DNA of 64,000 nt. It comes from a virus. Taxonomy: Duplodnaviria > Caudoviricetes. The stretch lies in IMG/VR virus record IMGVR_UViG_3300037439_000217, positions 1,779 through 65,778 of that record. One strand, given 5' to 3'. The position numbers and the translations under genes were made by a program. Every line of letters starts with the position of its first letter. Position 1 is the stretch's first letter. Below, in pieces: positions 47,554-56,352 of the stretch. The notes beneath the pieces were generated by a model. It was not told where the DNA came from. It made no database searches and saw only the letters and a list, made by a program, of their open reading frames with translations.

Positions 47554-48288
47554 GTGACCAAGCTCAACCAGCTCCTGGCGATCGAGAAGGGCGCGCGGCA
47601 GCATCACACCGCGGCCGTGACCGACGCCTACCATTCGCTGCAGAAGGGCGCGCTGCTCGACGGCATCTCCCGGACCTACCGGCCCAAGGACGACGAGGGC
47701 GATCGGCTGCCGCCCGAGTCGAAGCGCGTGCAGCTGACCGTTCGGGACGCGCTGGCCGGTGTCCGCGAGCCGTGGGGTCGCCTGATGGATGTCAACCTGG
47801 AGAAGGACGACACCAACACGCGCGCCCGCGCCGACGTGGTCGTGGACGGCGAGACGCTGCTTCAGGACGTGCCGGCGACGTACCTGCTCTTCCTGGAGAA
47901 GCAGCTCACCGACCTGCACACGCTGGTCTCGAAGCTGCCGCGGCTGGACCCGGCCGAGACCTGGCACTGGGATCCGAACGCCGGCGCGTACGCGACCGAG
48001 TCCGTCGAAACCCACCGCTCGGTCAAGGTGCCGCGGGCGCACGTCCTCTACGAGGCGACGCGCGAGCACCCCGCGCAGGTCCGGGCGTACGAGGAGACCG
48101 AGGTCGTCGGGTACTGGACCCAGGTCAAGTTCTCCGGTGCGGTCCCGGCCGACGAGGCCGACGCCATGCTGGACCGCGTGCGTCGGCTGCGGGACGCCGT
48201 GAAGCAGGCGCGTGAGCAGGCGAACCTCGCCGAGGTCGCTCCGCATCGCGGCACCGGTGCCACGATTCTCGACTACGTCCTCGGCTGA
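47554..48288 (+). CDS. conserved bacterial hypothetical protein (MTKLNQLLAIEK family)
   Basis: KLNQLLAIEKG, VPATYLLFLEKQL, LYEAT..HPAQV and AREQAN; recognised as a widespread uncharacterised family. Confidence 0.7.
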   Translation: MTKLNQLLAIEKGARQHHTAAVTDAYHSLQKGALLDGISRTYRPKDDEGDRLPPESKRVQLTVRDALAGVREPWGRLMDVNLEKDDTNTRARADVVVDGETLLQDVPATYLLFLEKQLTDLHTLVSKLPRLDPAETWHWDPNAGAYATESVETHRSVKVPRAHVLYEATREHPAQVRAYEETEVVGYWTQVKFSGAVPADEADAMLDRVRRLRDAVKQAREQANLAEVAPHRGTGATILDYVLG

Positions 48289-48371
48289 CCTGGTAGGGTA
48301 GTCGCCGAGGGTTCGACGCAGGGGACCTTCCGTTCCTCCCGGGGTGATGAGCCTCGGGAGGAACACCCCCG

Positions 48372-48581
48372 ATGAGAGATGAGGATCTAATGATCAAGCG
48401 TCTGATCGCCGCCACCGCACTCGTGCTCGTCACCTTCGGTGGCGCCGCACCCATCGCCGCCGCCGACCCAGTCTTCGGTCCCGGAGCGGGACAAGGAGGC
48501 GGCAACAACGAGCCTCATGAGAACTCTGGCACGAGGTGTCACCCGCCGGGCCAGACCAGCGAATCGCCCGAATGCAAGTAG
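48372..48581 (+). CDS. small secreted peptide
   Basis: Signal peptide ending AAA|DP; two Cys in the mature part. Confidence 0.55.
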   Translation: MRDEDLMIKRLIAATALVLVTFGGAAPIAAADPVFGPGAGQGGGNNEPHENSGTRCHPPGQTSESPECK

Positions 48582-48783
48582 GGCGTCACAAGACCACAAC
48601 TCCATAGAGATCACGCGACGCAAAGCTCCCACCGCGTTCTCGATCGGCGAGGGCACCGGCCCCGTCGGGTCTTCGTGCCCCCCACGATGACCTGGCGCTT
48701 TCGCCGGCTCCTTTTCTTCCCCCCGAAGTGAGTGAGTTACACGAGGCGCGGTGGGCCAAGGCTCCCCACAGGGGAGAGGGCAC

Positions 48784-48926
48784 AAGCTGAAGCTGAGTCT
48801 TAACCTGACGCGTGAGATGACAGTGCGGGTTCGATCCCCGCCCCCGGCTCCACGTGCCGGGGTAGCCCAACACGGTAGAGGCACATTCCCGCACTCAAGG
48901 TGAGATCTCTCGCCCCAGTCTGAGCC
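48784..48926 (+). ncRNA. circularly permuted tRNA-like RNA 1 (YrlA-like)
   Basis: T arm GCGGG-TTCGATC-CCCGC (48825-48841), acceptor hairpin CCCCGGC-TCCACGT-GCCGGGG (48842-48862), then D arm TAGCCCAACACGGTAGAGGC; the flanks form an interrupted helix. Ends are approximate. Confidence 0.7.
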
Positions 48927-48936
48927 TGATACGTTC

Positions 48937-49077
48937 GGTCGCCGGATCAACCGGTCGCGATCGCGTTTCCGAAGACGTAGGTTCGAATCCTTCCGGCGCC
49001 TCCACGTGGCGCCGTGGTGCAGCGGCAGCACGTCGGGACTAAGATCATTAGACGCGACCTTAAACGCCGTCGGCGAC
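48937..49077 (+). ncRNA. circularly permuted tRNA-like RNA 2 (YrlA-like)
   Basis: T arm GTAGG-TTCGAAT-CCTTC (48977-48993), acceptor hairpin CGGCGCC-TCCACGT-GGCGCCG (48994-49014), D arm GTGC-AGCGGCA-GCAC; closing helices TCCGA/TCGGG, GGTCGCG/CGCGACC and GTCGCCG/CGGCGAC. Confidence 0.75.
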
Positions 49078-49089
49078 GTCGGGACGACC

Positions 49090-49183
49090 TACACGGTTTG
49101 CCTAGCTTGGCCTAAGGCGCAACCCTTCAGAGGTTGTGGCCGGCTCGCGCCGGCCATCCCGGGTTCGAATCCCGGTCGTGTGA
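49090..49183 (+). tRNA. type II tRNA with UCA anticodon (opal suppressor / allo-tRNA-like)
   Basis: D arm GCCT-AGCTTGGCCTA-AGGC, anticodon arm CAACC-CTTCAGA-GGTTG, 8-bp variable stem, T arm CCGGG-TTCGAAT-CCCGG, acceptor TACACGG/TCGTGTG, A73, no encoded CCA. Confidence 0.7.
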
Positions 49184-49188
49184 TCACA

Positions 49189-49221
49189 GGAGGGGCTCAC
49201 CAGGGTAGGTGGGCCCCTCCG
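49189..49221 (+). terminator. hairpin closing the ncRNA cluster
   Basis: GGAGGGGCTCACC / GGTGGGCCCCTCC, 13-bp stem with one G-U pair. Confidence 0.6.
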
Positions 49222-49300
49222 CTTGTGTAAGGACAAAGTCGCAGGTAGACGGGTTGTGCTATCGTCTTTGCATCTCTTGTCCATAGGAGGAAGGACGATC

Positions 49301-50035
49301 ATGTACCAGCCCCGACATCGCAGGACGGTTCGCCGTCACACCTGGGGCCGCCGCGCGGCACAGTCCGCGCTCGGCGGCCTCGTGCTCGTCGTGGGACTCG
49401 CAACGGTCGCGAACGCGCACACCAACTACACGGTGAGGCCGGGCGACACGCTCTCCGAGATCGCCGCCGCGAACGGGACCACGTGGCAGCAGGTCTACGA
49501 GCTGAACAAGGACATCATCGACGATCCGAACCTGATCTTCCCGGACCAGGTGCTGGTGACCAGCTTGGAGGGGTCCGAGCCCGCGCGCTCCGGTTCGAAG
49601 GCGGATCGCTCGGGCGGAAGCAGGCAGCAGGTCGACTCGATCGCTGCGGCGCGCGGCGGCATCACGCGCCCTGCCACCGGCTCGGTGACGAGCCACTACG
49701 GGTACCGCACTCACCCGATCACCGGCGTGTACAAGCTGCACACCGGCACGGACTTCTCATACGGCAACGGCAACGCGTACGCCGCGGCGGCCGGGCGCGT
49801 CTCGATCGAGCACCCCGAGTGGGCCGGCAACCTGGTGATCGTCGATCACGGTGGCGGGGTCCAGACGCGGTACGCGCACCTGGCCAGCGTGTCCGTGTCA
49901 AGCGGACAGCAGGTCGACTCCGGCGATGTCGTGGGACGGATCGGTGAGCGCGGACTCGCGACCGGACCGCACCTGCACTTCGAGGTCCTGCTGAGCGGCG
50001 ACTTCAGCGACCCGCTCGCGTGGCTCGGCGGGTAG
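49301..50035 (+). CDS. secreted LysM plus M23 metallo-endopeptidase
   Basis: Signal/TM segment, YTVRPGDTLSEIA...IFPDQVL (LysM), HTGTDF (HxxxD), TRYAHL and GPHLHFEV (HxH). Confidence 0.9.
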   Translation: MYQPRHRRTVRRHTWGRRAAQSALGGLVLVVGLATVANAHTNYTVRPGDTLSEIAAANGTTWQQVYELNKDIIDDPNLIFPDQVLVTSLEGSEPARSGSKADRSGGSRQQVDSIAAARGGITRPATGSVTSHYGYRTHPITGVYKLHTGTDFSYGNGNAYAAAAGRVSIEHPEWAGNLVIVDHGGGVQTRYAHLASVSVSSGQQVDSGDVVGRIGERGLATGPHLHFEVLLSGDFSDPLAWLGG

Positions 50036-50362
50036 CCGGGGCAATCGTACGCGGGCGTAGGTAGACGTGCGTCTCGCGTGTGCTCGATGACGGATCACGC
50101 TATCCCTGTGGTATCGTGGTATCGAGTCGGAGGACGATCTCCGGAGACGGCGCTCTTCCCCCGGGTGATGGTGTTCCACTGTGGTACCGCTGGACCCGCC
50201 AACGCGAGGGCAGCCCGGGAGCCGTTGAGACTCGCGAGGTAGGAGTCGTCTCACGGCTCGGTGGCCTAGGCAAGGTCGGGGAGTTGAATCCCTGAACCTA
50301 CCTAGGCCACGTCAACCTGATATAGTGAACGTCATCAGGAGGAACGAGGATAGGAGAGACGG

Positions 50363-50764
50363 ATGAATCCCGTCGAGAGGCTGGCACGCGAGCTCAAGAA
50401 GGCGGGCGATGACGAGTCGCTGGCGATCCAGTTCACCATGAACTACTGGCGCGGCGTCGCACGGCGGATGATGGACGCCGAGGTCAACGTTCGCGCGATG
50501 ACGGCACCCGACATGAGTGGCCGCATCGAGGACATTGACGATCCCGTGCACCTGTACGCGCGGGTCGGTTACCGCATCTACCTGTCGTGGATCAACGGTC
50601 AGGACCCGGGCAAGCTGTACCGGGGCTACATGAACACCGAGCTGCACCGGGTCGCCGTGCTTCGCGAGGAGGTCGCGCCGGCGTGGACCACCGAGGTCAG
50701 GCCGCCGGGCGAGATCGACACCGACCACGCGATCGCCCGGGATGAGGACGAAGGCGGCAAGTAA
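50363..50764 (+). CDS. hypothetical protein
   Basis: TGA-TATAGT at 50318-50326 and SD AGGAG upstream. Confidence 0.6.
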   Translation: MNPVERLARELKKAGDDESLAIQFTMNYWRGVARRMMDAEVNVRAMTAPDMSGRIEDIDDPVHLYARVGYRIYLSWINGQDPGKLYRGYMNTELHRVAVLREEVAPAWTTEVRPPGEIDTDHAIARDEDEGGK

Positions 50765-51393
50765 TGAACCTCACGATCGACGCCGAGCAGATCGCCGACG
50801 CGATCGAGATTCCGGTCGACCGCTGGTTGAACCGGTGCCACGAGGTGTCGCTGGCCGCGGTCCGCTCCGGTCTGCTCGGCGAGCCGGGTCCGTCCTGCCG
50901 CGTCGTGCGGGGGTTCACATCCGGATACGGGATCTTCGGGCAGCACTCGTGGATCGCCCTCGGCCGTCCGTTCGACCCGGACACGACGATCGTCGACCTG
51001 ACCGCGCAGGCGTGGCACAGGGTCGAGGACGTGGTCGTGTCAACCGTCGGGATGGCGTACGCTGGCGGCAACCGTGACGCGCGTATGCATGTCGCCCACG
51101 GGTACCTGCCCGGATCCATCTGGGAGTTCGGTCGTCCGGATCCCGGCGACGGCGCGTTTCTCGAATTGGACCGGACCGGCCTGCTGTCTTACGAGGCCGA
51201 TAGCTTTCTGGATACCCTCGGCCCGATGTGCGCGAGCTCCTGGATCGCGCTTGTGACATACCCGCACGGCGGCTGGCCGGCACACGAGGTCTGCGAGATG
51301 ATCGTCGAGCAGGTGCCGCGTGCCAAGGTCATGTTGCCGATCGACGTCGTGGCACACACGACGGATCGCAACCCGGAAGGACTGTACTGGTGA
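50764..51393 (+). CDS. hypothetical protein (Cys...HSW, transglutaminase-like triad candidate)
   Basis: NRCHEVS...GQHSWIAL...IVDLT. Confidence 0.5.
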   Translation: MNLTIDAEQIADAIEIPVDRWLNRCHEVSLAAVRSGLLGEPGPSCRVVRGFTSGYGIFGQHSWIALGRPFDPDTTIVDLTAQAWHRVEDVVVSTVGMAYAGGNRDARMHVAHGYLPGSIWEFGRPDPGDGAFLELDRTGLLSYEADSFLDTLGPMCASSWIALVTYPHGGWPAHEVCEMIVEQVPRAKVMLPIDVVAHTTDRNPEGLYW

Positions 51394-51820
51394 CCAACAC
51401 GGAGACCTGCCAGGCCACGCACAACCCCGGTGACTGGCCGTACATCGCACGCTGCGCCTTTGACGCGGGTCATAACGGTCCGCACCGCGATATGCACGGC
51501 CGCGAGTGGGTCGAGGAGCCGCACGACGACCCGAGTAAGCTGCGCATGGTCGCCGACTGGTTCGACCGGTTCGACGAGATCATGCGCCCGATGTTCGAGC
51601 AGCGCGGTGTGGTAGGAGGCGACGAGGTTCAGGTCGACCTGCGCCGGATCGCGGACGGCCTCGAGAAGGTCGTGTCACTGCTTCGTGACATGGATCGTCA
51701 GCAGACGGAGACCGACGAGGAGGGCGGTCGCGAGGTCGCCTGGTACTACTCGAGAAATGACGTGGAGGACGCGCTCGGTCTCGAGCGCGGCACGCTCCGC
51801 GCCGACACTGAGGAGGACAC

Positions 51821-52168
51821 GTGAGTGATCTGACCAAGTCCCAGACCGCAAAGCTGATCTGGGGCACCGTAGCCGTGATCGCCTTGCTGGCCGTACTCGC
51901 CGTCGGCGTGTGGCAGCTGGGGTGGTTCGTTGAGGAGGAGAACGTCGAGCAGCGCACACGCATCGACAACACGCGCACCGGCGTTCAGCGTCCCATCATG
52001 GAGGAGGCAAGACGTACCGTAGGCGACATCGCGGTGACGTCCGAAGACAACACGGCGGCGCGCAACGCGCTGACGCGGCAGGCGTGCGAGCTGATCGCGC
52101 GGCTGACCGACGAGTTCCGCGAGCAGGCAGATGACCTGGTCGCATTCGAGAAGGAGAACTGCCAGTGA
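51821..52168 (+). CDS. membrane-anchored protein
   Basis: N-terminal transmembrane helix. Confidence 0.6.
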   Translation: MSDLTKSQTAKLIWGTVAVIALLAVLAVGVWQLGWFVEEENVEQRTRIDNTRTGVQRPIMEEARRTVGDIAVTSEDNTAARNALTRQACELIARLTDEFREQADDLVAFEKENCQ

Positions 52169-52806
52169 TGAAGAAGATCGCCGCCGCCGTGGCGGCGCTG
52201 GTCGCGGTCGTGTTGATCGCGGCGGCCTGCACCAGCGAGAGCCAGCGGCAGGCGTCCGAGAACGCGTCCCAGGAGCAGCGGGTGATCGCCGCCGTCCTGA
52301 AGGATCTGCTGGACTCCCAGCCGATCCCGGCCATCCCGTGGTCGCAGGAGCGTCAGACGCTCAACGACATACTGGCGCTGCGCGCGCTCGGCTCGACCAG
52401 TACCACCATGTTCTTCCTGGAGGGCGTCGGCATGGTGTTCTGGTGCCCGTCGCTCGGAGCGCCGGTACCGAGTACCTACGAGGTGACCGCATCGCAGCAG
52501 TGGATACGGGTTGGACCGGAGGGTGCGCGGGACAACGGCCAGGTCGATCAGATGGAGCCGACCGGGGTCTACACCGGCGAGTCGGCGGCGACCTGGACGC
52601 TGTGCCTGGACGATGCGGGTAAGAAGTTCGGGGTCTACTGGGAGGCACCGGTCTCGTCGGTCTCCGGAACGATGCGGATCGCCGACGCGCCGCGGCTGCG
52701 TCCGAGTGATGTGACGTTCCAGTTCACCAACGAGGGCGAGGAGCCGTTCTACCCGACGGTCGACCCGGACGCGGTTCCGGCAGAAGACGACGACACGGAG
52801 GAGTGA
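52168..52806 (+). CDS. lipoprotein
   Basis: MKK, a hydrophobic stretch and lipobox IAAA|C. Confidence 0.7.
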   Translation: MKKIAAAVAALVAVVLIAAACTSESQRQASENASQEQRVIAAVLKDLLDSQPIPAIPWSQERQTLNDILALRALGSTSTTMFFLEGVGMVFWCPSLGAPVPSTYEVTASQQWIRVGPEGARDNGQVDQMEPTGVYTGESAATWTLCLDDAGKKFGVYWEAPVSSVSGTMRIADAPRLRPSDVTFQFTNEGEEPFYPTVDPDAVPAEDDDTEE

Positions 52807-53396
52807 TGACCGGCGCGGCCGATACGCCGTACGTCGCGGAGGCGACGCGGACGATCCTGGAGGACGTCGTGCGTCTGTTCGACGAACACGCGTATCGGCC
52901 GCGCGGCAACACGAGAGAGGCGCCTGGTCTCGAGGCGGCCTGCGCCTGCGGGCGCTGGGCCAGTCCGGTGGCGACCTTCAACGGCGCGCATGTGCACCAC
53001 AGGCGCCACGTTGCCGATGTGCTACTCGAGGTGGGTCTGCTGTCCGACGTCCGGTGTCATCACTGCGGCGGATCCGGTATCAGTCCGACGCTGCCGCGTA
53101 CGATCGACCTTTCGGCGACACTTGACCCGAGTGTGAGATGTCCTCGCTGCAGCGGCTGGGGACTGCAGCTTCGGTGGATTCCGGGCTTCGGAGAGGGAGG
53201 ATGAGATGCTGGCCGACTATCAACGCGTTCAGATCGTGCGTCACGAGTGGGTACTGCGGGTGCCGGTGCACGTGGCCGACGCCGCCGCGGCGATCGAAGC
53301 TGCGAAGAATGAGCAACTCGAGCGAGGCGTCAAGACCGACATCATGATCACGGGTGACAGCGACAGACTGGTCGTGTACTGGCAGGAGGAGACCAC

Positions 53397-53765
53397 GTGA
53401 AGATCTACCTGAGCGGTCCGGTGTCAGGACTCGACTACGGGGAGGCGGTGAATCGGTTTGCGCACGCCGAACGGCTGATCAGAGGGCTGGGACATGATCC
53501 GGTCAATCCGCTCGTGATCGAGCCCGGCTGTCTGGGATGCAACCCGAACGGCGACGGTAAGCCGCATACATACGAATGCTACATGAAGTGGGACCTGATC
53601 GCGCTCCTTCGCTGCGACGCGATCGTGATGCTCGACGGTTGGGCCAGGAGCCGAGGATCGCTTCACGAGCTCGCCACCGCCGCGATCAGCGGTCTCGTGG
53701 TGTTCATAAGTGTCGATCACGTGTGGAATGTGTCGGCTACGATGGCATCTGAGCAGAGAGGATAA
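53397..53765 (+). CDS. DUF4406 / nucleoside 2-deoxyribosyltransferase-like protein
   Basis: KIYLSGPVSG...NP...CDAIVMLDGWARSRGSLHE. Confidence 0.8.
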   Translation: MKIYLSGPVSGLDYGEAVNRFAHAERLIRGLGHDPVNPLVIEPGCLGCNPNGDGKPHTYECYMKWDLIALLRCDAIVMLDGWARSRGSLHELATAAISGLVVFISVDHVWNVSATMASEQRG

Positions 53766-54868
53766 GACGTGGACAACGACATCGAGCGCCTCGGTGAGGT
53801 CGTGCAAGGCGAGATCGTGGAGGACGGCGACGGCGTGCTGACGCTCAACGACTTCGGCGTCGTGTACGCCGGAGACGCCCTGTGGACGACGATCCCCGTG
53901 TCGGTGCGGACGCGTCAGCAGGCGTATCGGCTCGCCGCCTACGTCAAGAACATGGGCGAGGTGCTGCCCGATGAGACACGCGCCTCGACGTGGGAAGAGG
54001 TCGAGGGGGCGGTGCAGAATGCCTGACGATCCGTTCACGATCGTTGACACGGGCGAGAGCGACGAGCCGCGCCGGCCTAACCGGCGCGAGCGTCGCGCGA
54101 TCGCCGCGGTCGGTAGGCGCGCCGGTCGGAAGATCCGGCGCATTAAGGCCGACATCGTTACGGCGCACTGGCGGCGCCAGTGACGCCTGAGGAGGATCGC
54201 GAGTGGCGGGAGCACCCGCCGCACCTGCACGGTCACTCGGTGCCCGGACGCAACGGACCGGTGTTCGTCATCGACCCGCCTGCCCTGCTGCCGACGCTGA
54301 CCGCACGCTGGCGCCGGCGCCGTGAGTGCCGGTTGAAGGGCGGGCACTGGTGGCATCCCGCTGGGATGATCGACTGGTTCTGCTGCTACTGCGGTACGAG
54401 TACCGACGGTCCGGCGCCTCGTGACGGGACACGCGGATGAGTACACCTCACAACTTCGGTGCGCCCGAGGTTGACCTCTACACGCTGGCCGCCCGCAACC
54501 GCGCGCTGCACGAGCTTCACGAGCGTGCGCTTGCCGCCCGCGTTCGCGCCGCCACCGGGCTCTCCAGCGCAACCGCGAGAAGCTCGAGATACGGTCGAGA
54601 GCACGCATTACAGCCGTCCTGGTATCGTCGCGTATGGATGACCTTACGAGGACTGACGAGGAGGACACGAGGTGTCAGGTAAGATGCCGCCCGTTGAGCC
54701 GAGCAGCGCGATGCGCCAGATGGCGCACCTGCTGCGCGAGATGCACGTGGCTATGCTTCGCGAAGGCTTCACCTTCGCCGAGGCGATGGAGATCACCAGC
54801 AACGCGCTGTCCACGATCATCAAGGAAGCCATGGATGATCAGCGCCGGAAGCAGCAGGGGGACGGTAC

Positions 54869-55369
54869 GTGAAACTCGGTATCACCGCGACGCGGCAGCT
54901 TCTGGCTCGTCGGCAGTATCTCGAACTGGCGCGCTTCATTCTGAGTCTCGACGTCGATGAGGTGCACCACGGCGACTGCGTCGGCGGCGACGAGACGGCT
55001 CACGTACTGGCGGCTCACGCCGGCCGGCGTATCGTGATCCACCCGCCGACCGATCGCAAGCTGCGTGCGTTCTGCGATCTGATCGTGTACCCGAGTGAGT
55101 CGCACATCGTATCCGAGGTGACGGTGCTGGGTGAGAGGCCGTACCTCGATCGCGATCACGACATCGTGGACGACACCGATCTTCTGGTCGGCGTGCCGAG
55201 TGGTCCTGAACGGCAGCGGTCGGGTACGTGGGCGACGATCCGGTACGCGCGCAAGATCGGTCGTCCGGTCGCGATCCTCATGCCCGGTCACACGCTGTAC
55301 GAGCGCGACTGGCGCGGGTTCCGGCTGCCGACGTTCGCCGAACTGCCGCCCGGTCTTGTGAATGTGTGA
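54869..55369 (+). CDS. SLOG-fold (DprA/YspA-like) nucleotide-binding protein
   Basis: GITATR, HHGDCVGGD, IHPP, YLDRDHDIVD and SGTWATIRYA. Confidence 0.75.
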   Translation: MKLGITATRQLLARRQYLELARFILSLDVDEVHHGDCVGGDETAHVLAAHAGRRIVIHPPTDRKLRAFCDLIVYPSESHIVSEVTVLGERPYLDRDHDIVDDTDLLVGVPSGPERQRSGTWATIRYARKIGRPVAILMPGHTLYERDWRGFRLPTFAELPPGLVNV

Positions 55370-55765
55370 TATAGTGACGTATCGGCCTAGTCCGATCGGT
55401 ACGCCGAGCCGAGCGGCGACTCACGTAGCTCCCGCTCGGTTCGGCGGCCGCAAGATACGACGATGAACGAGGAGACGACCTTTGCCCACTAGGCAGAAGT
55501 CCTCGGCGAACCCCGCCGGGCACCGCATGATGAACGAGAGCCGTAAGGCGCGTCGCTCGCTGTCGCGGCGTCGCGGCGAGAAGCGCAAGGAGGAACGGCG
55601 CCAGGCGCAGGCAGAGCGCGAAGCGGTCAACCGCGAGTTGCGGAAGAAGAACCGGCCGACGCCCTGGGAGATCACGAAGATCGGCCGGCGCAACCGGCGC
55701 GACAGCAACCCGCGCGTACGGAAGCGCCGGCGGGAGCTGATCGCCGAGACCTTAGGAGGAAAGAC

Positions 55766-56332
55766 GTGAGTGACTCGAGAATCGACGACCTGGAGAAGGT
55801 GTGTAACCACTGCGGTCGTATCGGGAAGCGGCAGTTCGACGTCAGCGATAGCGGCTTCTGGATCTGCAGCAACGCCGACGCGTGCAGGCGTCGCGCCGAA
55901 CAGCGCGAGACGACGGTCGAGACGTCGGAAACGAAGGACGAGACGCACGCTGAGGACGACCCCGTCGTCGACTTCGCGACCTTGGAGACGCGGCTGCTCA
56001 GTGACACCGAGGTTCGCGCCCTCGAGGCTCTTAGGAGCATCGACCCGCAGTACATCAGAGGCAGCGTGACCGGTCGCCTGTACCATCATCACACCCCGCT
56101 CGACGCGCCGATCGTCGAGATCGACCGCGACCTGCCGCTCCTCTGCTACGAGGAGGTCGACGAGAGGTTCCGGCGCCGGCACGGAGTGCCGTTCGAGGAC
56201 GCGCTGATCGCGTTTCATGCTGACCTCACGCTGTTCCGCAACACGCCTCTGCTGCGGCGTGGGACGTTCGTTCCCAAGGTTCCGTTGAAGATCCGTGCCA
56301 AGCGGACAATCATGAACCTCCTGCCGAACTGA
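55766..56332 (+). CDS. hypothetical protein with N-terminal Zn-ribbon-like Cys motifs
   Basis: CNHCG...CSNADAC; SD AGGAGG. Confidence 0.55.
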   Translation: MSDSRIDDLEKVCNHCGRIGKRQFDVSDSGFWICSNADACRRRAEQRETTVETSETKDETHAEDDPVVDFATLETRLLSDTEVRALEALRSIDPQYIRGSVTGRLYHHHTPLDAPIVEIDRDLPLLCYEEVDERFRRRHGVPFEDALIAFHADLTLFRNTPLLRRGTFVPKVPLKIRAKRTIMNLLPN

Positions 56333-56352
56333 ACCGAAGGAGACGTGCACAG

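Noticed and set aside
48303-48330. Further tRNA-like element around GGGTTCGAC
   Set aside because: No complementary T stem or acceptor pairing could be found.
48856-49004. Ordinary linear tRNA with a long intron (5' GCCGGGG to 3' CGGCGCC-TCCA)
   Set aside because: Those two strands do not pair. Each 5' strand pairs only with the 3' strand immediately upstream, which gives the permuted topology.
49090-49183. Canonical tRNA-Sec (selC)
   Set aside because: It lacks the 8/5 fold with a 6-bp D stem and 4-nt loop and lacks G73; no selA, selB or selD is present in the window.
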